Positions 31,877-39,924 of a DNA stretch of 64,000 nucleotides are shown here, in pieces. Made by a program: the position numbers and the translations under genes. The DNA is from Vicinamibacterales bacterium (lineage in GTDB: Bacteria; Acidobacteriota; Vicinamibacteria; Vicinamibacterales; UBA2999), in NCBI GenBank assembly GCA_038919385.1, contig JBCKZH010000003.1, forward strand, positions 1,207 to 65,206, written 5' to 3'. Within the stretch, counting starts at the first letter, position 1. Every line of letters begins with the position of its first letter. Below the pieces are notes generated by a model, which did no database searches, was not told the DNA's origin, and saw only the letters and a list, made by a program, of their open reading frames with translations.

Positions 31877-33088
31877 TCAGCCCGCGATGTTCACCGTGGC
31901 GGTTGCCGTCGCCGGCGCACCAAGGTCGTAGGTCGCGCCGTCGGTCAGCGTCACGATCACCGTCTCGACACCTTCGACGATGCCATCCGCCGTCGGAATC
32001 ACAAACACATCCGCCGTCGCCTGCCCCGCCAGGAACGTCACCGTGAGCGGAATCGCCTGATAGTCCGTGCCATTCACCGCAGTGCCCGTCACGAGGTATG
32101 TCACCGTCAACGGGGATGTCGGACTGCCGGTGCGGGTGAAGCGGAACGTGCCGAGATCGGGTCCGGTCTCCGACGCCGCGGCATCGAACGCCACCACTGA
32201 CACGACGGGCACCGACGCCGCATCGGCGATCGTCACCGTGCCCGACGTCGACGAGCCCAGCGCATAGGGCGCCACCGAGGTCAGCGTCAGGATCACCGAC
32301 TCCGCGCCTTCGGCCAGCGCGTCGGCGAGCGGCGCGACGGTCACGTCAACGGCCGACTGGCCGGCCAGCAACGTCGCCGACAACGGCACGGTGGTGTAGT
32401 CGGTGCCATTGGTCGCCGTGCCGGTCAGCGTGAACGTCACCGTCAGCGGCGCGGTCAGGGGCAACGTCGCGCTCGCCACGCGCGTCAGGCGGAAGGTGCC
32501 GGTGTCGGCGCCGGTTTCCGAGGCGGACGCGTCGACGACCGAAACCGACACCCTGCCGCCCCCCTTCTTATTCTCATCATCGTCATCGTCACCGTCATCG
32601 CCATCATCGTCGCCGCCGCCGCCGCCGGGGTTCTGCAGCTTCACTTCGGTGGCTTCGAGCACGGTACCCTGCATGCGCGCCGTGATATGCACGCGGTCGC
32701 CAATGCGGAGCGCCGAGTACGCGACCGTTCGCGAGCCGTGACGAATAACCGTGCCCACCGGCACGGACACGGTTCGGCTATTGACGGTGATCGAGGTGCC
32801 GGCGATCGCAGAGATCAAGCCTTCGATTTCGACCTTGCCGGTGGTGGGATTGGTCGGCCCATTGCCATTACCGTTTCCGTTGCCGTTGCCTGGGTTCACC
32901 GGCTTGGGCTTGGAATTGCCAGTCGCGCCGGACGTGGCGGTCGCATCGCCCGCTTCGTCGTTGATCGACGCCGCCACCACCGCTGATGGTGCGGTAGGGT
33001 TCAGGGATCTCGACGAGTCGCCACATGCCGCAGTGGCCAACAGCGCACCTATCAAACCGACCAGCCCTGCCGTCTTCACAATCAACAT
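31877..33088 (-). CDS. lipoprotein with a DUF5666-like domain, a poly-Asp/Gly linker and two Calx-beta-like domains
   Basis: 403 aa. Lipobox LLATAAC. (GN)5 run. KVEIEGLISAIAGTSITVNSRTVSVPVGTVIRHG...LEATEVKLQ. GGGGGDDDGDDGDDDDDENKKGGG. Then two repeats of ASETG-x-D-x-GTFR(L/F)TR ... TGTA-x-NGTDY ... L-x-F-x-AGQ. Confidence 0.7.
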   Translation of the reverse strand: MLIVKTAGLVGLIGALLATAACGDSSRSLNPTAPSAVVAASINDEAGDATATSGATGNSKPKPVNPGNGNGNGNGNGPTNPTTGKVEIEGLISAIAGTSITVNSRTVSVPVGTVIRHGSRTVAYSALRIGDRVHITARMQGTVLEATEVKLQNPGGGGGDDDGDDGDDDDDENKKGGGRVSVSVVDASASETGADTGTFRLTRVASATLPLTAPLTVTFTLTGTATNGTDYTTVPLSATLLAGQSAVDVTVAPLADALAEGAESVILTLTSVAPYALGSSTSGTVTIADAASVPVVSVVAFDAAASETGPDLGTFRFTRTGSPTSPLTVTYLVTGTAVNGTDYQAIPLTVTFLAGQATADVFVIPTADGIVEGVETVIVTLTDGATYDLGAPATATATVNIAG

Positions 33089-33353
33089 GCACTCTCTCCT
33101 CGTCAGCGGCCGGGGTATGGCCTGGACTACAAGGAATCACTGCAATCGGAATACCGGATGGGAGCGCTTCGGAGTCAGGTGGTCTAACTACCGTGGCGGC
33201 GGGTACTTAGCCGCACTCCGGCGAATTGTTCGCGAACCAGGGCGGGCGCCGGCGAGTAAGAACTGCAGGTTGAACGTCAGATTTGTATACGGTCGCGGGT
33301 GGGCCGAACGTCAGCGGACGGCGATGGTCCGCCAGCCGGGCCGGCGTTGATCT

Positions 33354-33989
33354 ATGTCTACTGGCCGGAGCAGCAGAGGGGCGGCAAGAGACAGCAACGT
33401 GCTCTGCAATGGCTCCAAGGTCGCCGAGCTCGAGAACAACCGCTACATCGCGCTGCCCCAGCAGGCGCGGGACCTCGCCGATCAGAAGTGGCGACTGAGC
33501 GAAGCCGAGGCCGGCCGCGCCGAGGCCGCCGAGGAATTCAATAAGGCGCTGCGCGCGCGCGTGAACGCGATGAAGTCATCCGGCGCGAAGATCAAGGAGG
33601 GTATGGGGCGCGCGGACTTTGTCGACGCCTTGCGCCAGAACCAGACCGACCTGGTCTATGCCGGCCTCAAGGGACGTTTCACCGCGCAAGAAGCCGCGCA
33701 GTGGCGCGACAACGTCGCGAAGCTCAGCTCGGCGCACCAGGACCTCAAGGATCGCGTCAACGGCTATCGGCAGGATCTCACCAGCGGCCTCTGCGGGCCG
33801 CGGGTCGCCCAGCAGGTTCAGAACTCGCCCAAGCCCAGTCCACCCGCGGAAGCAGCCAGAACTACTCCCCCGCCGGCGCCCACGGCGTCGGTGCTGCCTC
33901 CCGCACCGACGCCTGGCCCATCGCTCGCGAAGATCCTCGGCTGGACCGCGGTGCTGGCCGGTGGTGCCGTCGGCCGCGCCTGCGATTGA
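33354..33989 (+). CDS. hypothetical coiled-coil / Pro-rich protein with a C-terminal hydrophobic anchor
   Basis: 211 aa. No family recognised. Charged helical region, PKPSPPAEAARTTPPPAPTASVLPPAPTP linker, then LAKILGWTAVLAGGAVG. Coding status rests on ORF length and composition only. Confidence 0.4.
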   Translation: MSTGRSSRGAARDSNVLCNGSKVAELENNRYIALPQQARDLADQKWRLSEAEAGRAEAAEEFNKALRARVNAMKSSGAKIKEGMGRADFVDALRQNQTDLVYAGLKGRFTAQEAAQWRDNVAKLSSAHQDLKDRVNGYRQDLTSGLCGPRVAQQVQNSPKPSPPAEAARTTPPPAPTASVLPPAPTPGPSLAKILGWTAVLAGGAVGRACD

Positions 33990-34097
33990 ACCACGACGCA
34001 CACGAAGACCGCGACGATAGGCTTTCTTCGTGTCCTTCGCGCCTTCGTGGTTGCATCGGAGAACCCACACGCGGCCAGGGTGTCGTGACCAGCAGCG

Positions 34098-34508
34098 TCA
34101 CGGCACCAATGTGAACCGCGCCGTGTGCGACGGGCGGATCGTCGCGAAGTGACGCCGATCCGTCGTCGCAATGGTGTCGATCAGCAACCGCTCCGCCAGG
34201 GCGACGAGTGACGCATCCACCAGGCCCAGGCCCGGATACTTCGCGATCAGGTGGCCAATGCGCCGAAGGTCTTGCGGCAAGAGGTCCAATAGTTGCACCT
34301 GGCCGGTGGCGAGCCAATCCGCCAATTCGCGCGATGCCCCGGTCGTAAACCGTTGCTCGAGCAGGTGCGCCGCTTCAGGTAAGGTCGTGATCGGCACCAT
34401 GAGTTCGAACTCGCCGCCTTCGAGCAAGCTCTTCGCGCGAGCATGCCAATCGTCGCGGGCGTCGAACCAGGCGTAGATGACGCCGGTGTCGACGATCAGG
34501 GTCTTCAC
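34098..34508 (-). CDS. vapC: PIN-domain toxin VapC
   Basis: 136 aa. MKTLIVDTGVIYAWFD (first acidic residue), LPEAAHLL, GLVDASLVALAE, TTDRRHF. 4-nt overlap with the upstream antitoxin. Confidence 0.85.
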   Translation of the reverse strand: MKTLIVDTGVIYAWFDARDDWHARAKSLLEGGEFELMVPITTLPEAAHLLEQRFTTGASRELADWLATGQVQLLDLLPQDLRRIGHLIAKYPGLGLVDASLVALAERLLIDTIATTDRRHFATIRPSHTARFTLVP

Positions 34509-34774
34509 TTCTGGCGACGATCACCAGAGGGCGCAGCGGGCTCATGCGGCTGGAGATCGCGAAACACGAACTCGTCCAGGCGAGAGGCAGTATCCGAATG
34601 CCCGCTGTCGTACTTGCCCAGGAAACTCGGGAGCCCGGCCGGCGGATGATGCGCATCGAGATGCGCCTCGAGCGCCTCGCGGATCACAGCAGCCATGGGC
34701 TTCGACGAGCGGCGCAGGAACGACTGCAGCCGACGATCGAGGCCTTCGGGAATGAAGATGGTTGTCCGCTTCAT
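34505..34774 (-). CDS. vapB: ribbon-helix-helix (CopG/VapB-type) antitoxin
   Basis: ORF 34505..34810. The likely start is the internal Met: MKRTTIFIPEGLDRRLQSFLRRSSKPMAAVIREALEAHL. Confidence 0.75.
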   Translation of the reverse strand: MKRTTIFIPEGLDRRLQSFLRRSSKPMAAVIREALEAHLDAHHPPAGLPSFLGKYDSGHSDTASRLDEFVFRDLQPHEPAAPSGDRRQK

Positions 34775-34978
34775 ATGCTGTATGCTGTCATACGTCATAC
34801 AGTGCGTCAATCTCCGAGTGACACCCGCAGAGCGCGTCGCACGTGTGCCCCTGGGTCCACGCCCTTGACGGTCGTCACCCGGCGGAGCCCATGTGTGATG
34901 GTCGTGACCTCAACATCAACGCGACCCTTCCAGGCGTCGGGCACACCCAGATGCACTGGCATCGCGTTCTGCGAACAG

Positions 34979-35782
34979 TCACCACTGCCACCATCGACAA
35001 GGGTCGCTGCCAGCCAGCGTCTGCCGGCCACGTTCGTCGGTGACCTCCACGAAGAAGCCGCGGCCGCGTGTGGTGGCCACGTTGCGCAGCAGCGGGTGCC
35101 CGCCACCATCGGGGTCGTTGTTGGTCAACGACAGGTCGAGGCGTCCATCGCCATCGAAGTCGACGAACTGGACGCCGTGCGTGGCGTCGTGTTTGAGGAT
35201 CACGTCCGGAAGCAACTCGGCAAAACTCCACGCGGACCCGTTGGCGCCGCGATTGATGAATAGCGCATCGCGATAGAGCGGCTGTCCGGCAATGAAGTTG
35301 GCGACATACAAATCGGGTAAGCCGTCGTTGTCGAGATCGCCCCAGGCCGACGTCACGCCGTGGCCACTCAGGCTGATGCCACTGGTGGCCGAAACATCGG
35401 AGAACACCTTCCCCGCTTCGTTACGATAAAGCGCACTCGCCCCATAGTTCGCGACGAACAGGTCGAAGTCGCCGTCGAGATCGAAGTCCGCCACGCTGGG
35501 GCCGACGCCGCCGTCGGCCGCGGGCCGCGGTGTCCCGGCCACCCCCATCGCGACCGCGACGTCTTCGAAGCGGCCCTTGTCCTGACGGTACAAGCCATTC
35601 GCCTGTCCTTCCTGGTTGGCGGTAAACAGGTCGAGATCGCCGTCGGCATCGGCCCATGCGCTGGCCTGCCCGCCGGGTGCGGCAAACACGTCCGGCTGCA
35701 CCAACTCGAACGCCGGTTGCCACGCCGGTGAGGGCTGCCACAGCGCCGTCACGGCCAGGGCGAGTGAGGCGAGGCGAAACAA
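34979..35782 (-). CDS. FG-GAP/VCBS-repeat (CRTAC1-like) protein; the reading frame breaks near 35005-35015 and homology continues to 34807
   Basis: 267-aa ORF with repeated DxDxDGDxDL motifs (DADGDLDLF, DFDLDGDFDLF, DLDNDGLPDLY, DFDGDGRLDL). The ASPIC/UnbV-like tail ATLVDGGSGDCSQNAMPVHLGVPDAWKGRVDVEV lies in the +1 frame (ORF 34807..35109). Removing one A in ggcAgcgacc restores a single frame. Confidence 0.7.
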   Translation of the reverse strand: MFRLASLALAVTALWQPSPAWQPAFELVQPDVFAAPGGQASAWADADGDLDLFTANQEGQANGLYRQDKGRFEDVAVAMGVAGTPRPAADGGVGPSVADFDLDGDFDLFVANYGASALYRNEAGKVFSDVSATSGISLSGHGVTSAWGDLDNDGLPDLYVANFIAGQPLYRDALFINRGANGSAWSFAELLPDVILKHDATHGVQFVDFDGDGRLDLSLTNNDPDGGGHPLLRNVATTRGRGFFVEVTDERGRQTLAGSDPCRWWQW

Positions 35783-35783
35783 C

Positions 35784-36845
35784 TCAGCGCGACCCGGTCT
35801 TCTTCCTCACGCTGCCGGCCTTGGCTTCTTCGGCGCGGGCGCCGGCGAGAATGCCTTCCATCGCGTAGTTGCCCTCGTGGCAGGCGTACTCGTAGATCAG
35901 GCCGGAGGCCTTCTTCAGCCGAATCATGAACGTGTAGGGCTTGGTCCACGTCTTGGGATCGTCGACGGTGATCTCCCAGTTGATGAAGTCGGGGCCGACG
36001 CGCGTGTAGCGTTCGGTGAGCTTCACGTCGGGCGTCGACCCCTGGAAGCCGTTGATGTAGTTGGTGGTCTCGACCACCAGTGAATCCCCTTCCCAGCGAC
36101 CGCGCGGGTCGCCGTGCAGCTGCCTGATGCGCGCCGGCAGGCGCGGGCCCGGCGTCATCGGCACCACGCGCGCGTCGTGGATCATCTCCTGAAGCAGCAC
36201 CGTCGTCGCCGGCGACTGGATGATCTGGACGTAGCTGTTGTAGTTGGCGCCGGTTCGCGGCGCGCCGTACGAGATGCACCGCTCCGACAGCGGCCGGTCT
36301 TCCGGACCATCCGACGGACCGCGCGTGCGCTTCGCGGCGGCGGCCATGCGTTCCGCCCGCCGCGCTTCACCCGCCGGCGTCAGCGGCGGTAACTGGCCAT
36401 CGGGCGGGTCGGTAATGAGCGAGGTCCGCTTGTCCCACTCGCGGTCGGCCATCCAGAACTGGTTGTAGTTGCCGGTGGTCGGGTCGTATGAGAGTTGCGC
36501 GAACCCGCCCTGGTCCTTGGCGTTGAGCATCAACTGGACGAAGTTGCCGAAGATCGCATCGCCGCCCTGGTCGACAAACTGCGCCGCGGTCTTCTTCAGA
36601 TCGTCGAACTCGGCGTCGGTCAGCGACGTCTTGTCTTGCCATTGGGTCGGTCGGGTCATGGGGGTCACGCTGTTATTGCCCCACACGCCCTGCAGATCGG
36701 GGCGGCCATCGGCCGTCCGCGGCACCTTCCAGCCCGCCGGGGCCGCGCCAGACGAGGCGTCTCCCGATTGGGCGGCAAGCGAGACCACAAGCACCGAGCC
36801 GGCTACCAGGGCGACGGCGACGAGAACCGCTTTGAGGTGTCCCAT
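35784..36845 (-). CDS. secreted conserved hypothetical protein (paralog of 37355..38161)
   Basis: 353 aa. Signal peptide. Shares blocks with the 268-aa neighbour: PRT-x-(D/E)G-x-PDL-x-G-(V/I)W, GRWEG(D/E)(S/A)LV(V/I), (K/L)(L/V)TERYT, (I/M)(Y/E)Y-x-C-x-E. Confidence 0.6.
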   Translation of the reverse strand: MGHLKAVLVAVALVAGSVLVVSLAAQSGDASSGAAPAGWKVPRTADGRPDLQGVWGNNSVTPMTRPTQWQDKTSLTDAEFDDLKKTAAQFVDQGGDAIFGNFVQLMLNAKDQGGFAQLSYDPTTGNYNQFWMADREWDKRTSLITDPPDGQLPPLTPAGEARRAERMAAAAKRTRGPSDGPEDRPLSERCISYGAPRTGANYNSYVQIIQSPATTVLLQEMIHDARVVPMTPGPRLPARIRQLHGDPRGRWEGDSLVVETTNYINGFQGSTPDVKLTERYTRVGPDFINWEITVDDPKTWTKPYTFMIRLKKASGLIYEYACHEGNYAMEGILAGARAEEAKAGSVRKKTGSR

Positions 36846-36908
36846 GCCGCGTAGTGTCGCTCAAGACGCGGGACGAGGGAAGGGGGAGAATTGGGTTAAG
36901 CTCCCGCC

Positions 36909-37358
36909 ATGATGAAGAAAATCTGGATGGTGGCCGCCGCAGTGCTGCTCGCTGGCGGGCCCCTGCCCCTGCTGGCCCACCATGCCTTTTCGGCCGAGTT
37001 TGATGCCAAGGCCCCCGTCACCCTGAAGGGCCCGGTCACCAAGGTGGAGTGGATCAACCCGCACGCGTGGATCCACATGGAGGTCACCAGGCCCGACGGC
37101 AAGAAAGAGATCTGGATGGTCGAGGGCGGCACGCCCAACACCCTGCAGCGCGGCGGCATTTCGCGCGACTCGATCAAGATCGGCAGCGAAATCGTGGTCG
37201 CCGGGTTCCGCGCCAAGGACGGCCGCATGCGCGCCAACGGCCGCGACATCACCTTCCCCGACGGCCGCACGTTGTTCATGGGCTCGTCGGGCACGAGCGC
37301 ACCGAAGGACGGCCGCGACCCGAACGATCGGCCCAAGCCGAAGGGGCCGGCGCGATGA
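36909..37358 (+). CDS. DUF6152-family secreted protein
   Basis: 149 aa. Signal peptide ending LLA, then HHAFSAEFDAKAPVTLKGPVTKVEWINPHAWIHMEV. Family assignment from memory. Confidence 0.6.
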   Translation: MMKKIWMVAAAVLLAGGPLPLLAHHAFSAEFDAKAPVTLKGPVTKVEWINPHAWIHMEVTRPDGKKEIWMVEGGTPNTLQRGGISRDSIKIGSEIVVAGFRAKDGRMRANGRDITFPDGRTLFMGSSGTSAPKDGRDPNDRPKPKGPAR

Positions 37359-38161
37359 CGAGGCGCGCGCGCCTCGCGTCGGCAGCCGTCGGCGTCATGC
37401 TGGGATCAACCCTGGCGGCCTGCGCGCCAGCGGCGCCGACGGCCTATCGCGCCCCACGAACGCCAGAGGGCACGCCGGACCTCGGCGGCATCTGGCAAAC
37501 CAACAACACCGCCAACTGGAACCTCGAAGCGCACCCGGCCAAGCAGGGCCCGGTCTTCGCGCTGGGCGCCGCCTTCGCCGTGCCGCCGGGCATGGGGGTC
37601 GTCGACGGCGACGAGATCCCGTACCTGCCAGAGGCCCTCGAAAAGCGAAAAGCGAACGGCGAACGCTGGATGACACTCGACCCCGAGATCAAGTGCTTCA
37701 TGCCCGGCATCCCGCGCGCCACCTACATGCCCTACCCGTTTCAGATCGTGCAGTCGGCCGACAACATCCTCTTCACCTACGAGTTCGCCAGCACGAGCCG
37801 CATCGTGCGCATGAACAGCCAGGAGAAGAGCCCGGCGCCGGCGTGGATGGGATGGTCGCTCGGCCGCTGGGAAGGCGAGGCGCTCGTCATCGACGTCATC
37901 GATCACATGGAAGAAACGTGGTTCGATCGCGCTGGTAATTACCACAGCGATGCGCTGAAGGTCACCGAGCGCTACACCGCGATCGACGCCAACACGCTGC
38001 AGTACGAGGCAACCATCGAGGACGCGAAGGTGTTCTCGAAGCCGTGGAAGATGAGCATGCCGCTCTACCGTCGCCGGGAACCCAACGCGCGGCTGATGGA
38101 ATACAAGTGCGTGGAGTTCGCGGAAGAGTTGATGTACGGACACCTCAGAAAAAAAGATTAG
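37355..38161 (+). CDS. secreted/lipoprotein-like conserved hypothetical protein (paralog of 35784..36845)
   Basis: ORF 37049..38161. Start set to the ATG at 37355, which overlaps the DUF6152 stop (ATGA). MTRRARLASAAVGVMLGSTLAAC... Confidence 0.6.
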   Translation: MTRRARLASAAVGVMLGSTLAACAPAAPTAYRAPRTPEGTPDLGGIWQTNNTANWNLEAHPAKQGPVFALGAAFAVPPGMGVVDGDEIPYLPEALEKRKANGERWMTLDPEIKCFMPGIPRATYMPYPFQIVQSADNILFTYEFASTSRIVRMNSQEKSPAPAWMGWSLGRWEGEALVIDVIDHMEETWFDRAGNYHSDALKVTERYTAIDANTLQYEATIEDAKVFSKPWKMSMPLYRRREPNARLMEYKCVEFAEELMYGHLRKKD

Positions 38162-38347
38162 GGGATGGTGTCGTGGGGATCTATTTCTTGCACCTGGTCC
38201 CGGTCAGATTCGCAGCACTATCAGGCTGCCCGCCGAGGCGGCCATTCAGCTTCGACGCTCGCGCCTTGAGCCGACTCCGGCCGGTGCCAAGCAAAGCCCC
38301 TACGCCAACAATGCGTACTGTTGCCGGCGGCCCTGCGCGGTGGCCGG

Positions 38348-38395
38348 TTACGAGCAACACAGAGGCACAATCGCGCTGGCGTCCCAAAACGCCAC
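38348..38395 (-). pseudogene. N-terminal stub of a PIN (VapC-like) toxin, stopped after 15 codons
   Basis: GTG two nt after the antitoxin stop: VAFWDASAIVPLCCS*. The (L/W)DASA(I/L)V pattern is a typical VapC N-terminus. Only ~230 bp remain before the convergent gene at 38161. Confidence 0.4.
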
Positions 38396-38397
38396 GG

Positions 38398-38682
38398 TCA
38401 GTCCTCGCGGCGATCGGCGCTGACGGCCGCGACAGCGGCACGCAGCGTGACACGTGAGCGGCGTGCCCGCCAGAACGATGGCGGGAGCGTGCCCGATCCC
38501 TTGCGCATCAGGCCGCTCGCGACCAGCGCGACATCATCAGCATCGTCATCATCGACGGTGAACGGCACAATCTTGGCGATCGGGCGCTGGCGATCGCGGA
38601 CAATGATTTCTTCGCCCGCGCGGACTTCCCGCAGGTACTGGGTGAGCCGGTTTCGAAGGTCGGCGATATTGGTGCTGCGCAT
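38398..38682 (-). CDS. Phd/YefM-family antitoxin
   Basis: ORF 38398..38862. The likely start is the internal Met: MRSTNIADLRNRLTQYLREVRAGEEIIVRDRQRPIAKIVPF. Confidence 0.7.
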   Translation of the reverse strand: MRSTNIADLRNRLTQYLREVRAGEEIIVRDRQRPIAKIVPFTVDDDDADDVALVASGLMRKGSGTLPPSFWRARRSRVTLRAAVAAVSADRRED

Positions 38683-38752
38683 GGGGGGATCCCCAATATG
38701 GCTATGATCGCCATGTCGGGGCCTCCGAGACAACCGATCGTCACGTTGGCCT

Positions 38753-39187
38753 TCAGGCCGCGCTTCGCGGCTCCCGCCGAATGCGTTTGGCCGCCCGTTC
38801 CAGGTCGCTGTTGATTCGGGCCTGCCAGCCTCGACCCGTACCGCGATACACGTCCAGCACATCAGGACTGAGGCGCAGGCTCACGAGCCGCGTCGCTTCG
38901 CCATAGTGCTGCCGTTCCTTTCGGCTCGCCGGTCGCAGGCTGATCACGCGCACACGATCGCCCCGGTAGGTGACGACAGCGGCCCACACGCGACGGTCGA
39001 TCTTGCCGAACACGATCCACCGGGGTTCCCGCTGCGAGTGAGTCGGGTGTTGGCGGAACTGGGCTGCGCCGGGCCCTCCCGCCGTTTTTTTTGTCCGCGG
39101 CGTCGCTCGTAGGACCCGCCTCGCCTCGAGCGGCCTCCAGAGACCCGACGCTATGAGCGAGGTTCCGAGCGACCCCAGAGACGCCAC
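38753..39187 (-). CDS. BrnT-like (DUF497) toxin core fused in frame to a BrnA-like RHH tail; probably a decayed or fused module
   Basis: HSQREPRWIVFGKIDRRVWAAVVTYRGDRVRVISLRPASRKERQHYGE resembles BrnT. TRLVSLRLSPDVLDVYRGTGRGWQARINSDLERAAKRI resembles BrnA. The usual N-terminal WDxxKxxxNxxKHG block is not recognisable. The GTG start overlaps the Uma2 gene by 37 nt. Confidence 0.45.
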   Translation of the reverse strand: MASLGSLGTSLIASGLWRPLEARRVLRATPRTKKTAGGPGAAQFRQHPTHSQREPRWIVFGKIDRRVWAAVVTYRGDRVRVISLRPASRKERQHYGEATRLVSLRLSPDVLDVYRGTGRGWQARINSDLERAAKRIRREPRSAA

Positions 39188-39732
39188 AGCTCGAGCTCGA
39201 CGGCGTCAAACGGCTCGCTGCGCGCCGCGACGTCACCGGCGTGTGTTTCGAGCAGCAGCCAGCGGCCCAGTTCCAGGCGATACACCTCGAGTGTTTCGCT
39301 GAGGGGGTTGAGCAGCCAGACATGGACGACGCCCTCGCGTGCGTAGATCGCCAGCTTCGTGCCGCGGTCGAGGCGCTCGGTGGAGGGAGACAACGTTTCG
39401 CACACCCAATCAGGAGCGATTTCGAGAAACGCGCCACGCGGCAGGTCAGGCACGCGGGCCCGACGCCAGCCGGCCAGATCCGGTACCACGACGTCGGCCG
39501 CCAGATGGAGCTCGGGTTCCGCCAGCATCCACCACCCGCCCGGACCGCCTCGTCCCCGGTCGAAGGGACCAATCAAGTCGGCGCCCAGTCCAGAAGTGGC
39601 GATGGCGTGCGGCACCGCGGGTCGCGGCGAGGTTTGCAGCTCACCGTCGAGAATCTCCGCGACGAGATGTTCGGGCACCGCGAGGAGGTCCTCGTAGGTC
39701 GCAGGGCGCCGTCCGGTAGCCGCGCGGCTCAT
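39151..39732 (-). CDS. Uma2-family (DUF820) putative endonuclease
   Basis: 193 aa. [20 protein letters not shown]...[45 protein letters not shown] are the PD-(D/E)xK-like Uma2 blocks as I recall them. Confidence 0.7.
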   Translation of the reverse strand: MSRAATGRRPATYEDLLAVPEHLVAEILDGELQTSPRPAVPHAIATSGLGADLIGPFDRGRGGPGGWWMLAEPELHLAADVVVPDLAGWRRARVPDLPRGAFLEIAPDWVCETLSPSTERLDRGTKLAIYAREGVVHVWLLNPLSETLEVYRLELGRWLLLETHAGDVAARSEPFDAVELELWRLWGRSEPRS

Positions 39733-39924
39733 TGCGGCCAGTTTACCCGATTCCCGCGTGCCGCCCGCCCCAGTTGGACTGGTCTACGCCGTCCACACTT
39801 GCGCCACGACTCAATGGTCGTCCTCATGTCCTCGTGGCTGATAGTTCGACCGGCATCGGAATCGGCGAGTCCGCGCTTCACCATGGCGACAAACGCCAAT
39901 TCTCGAATTCGTTTCAGGGCGGCA

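Noticed and set aside
32530-32900. Short DNA tandem repeats (GAT/GGC-rich and AAT-GGC-type) that might be mistaken for a CRISPR or VNTR locus; also the gatcgc hexamer repeats at 12015-12045
   Set aside because: They lie in frame inside coding sequences (the poly-Asp/Gly and (GN)5 linkers of the lipoprotein, and the (RD)n tail of S3). They have no spacer-repeat architecture. No CRISPR array was seen anywhere in the window.
38862-39572. 236-aa minus-strand ORF
   Set aside because: It is out of frame with, and fully overlapping, the Uma2 and BrnT-like ORFs on the same strand. Its composition is Arg/Ala/Pro/Ser-rich and it has no motifs.
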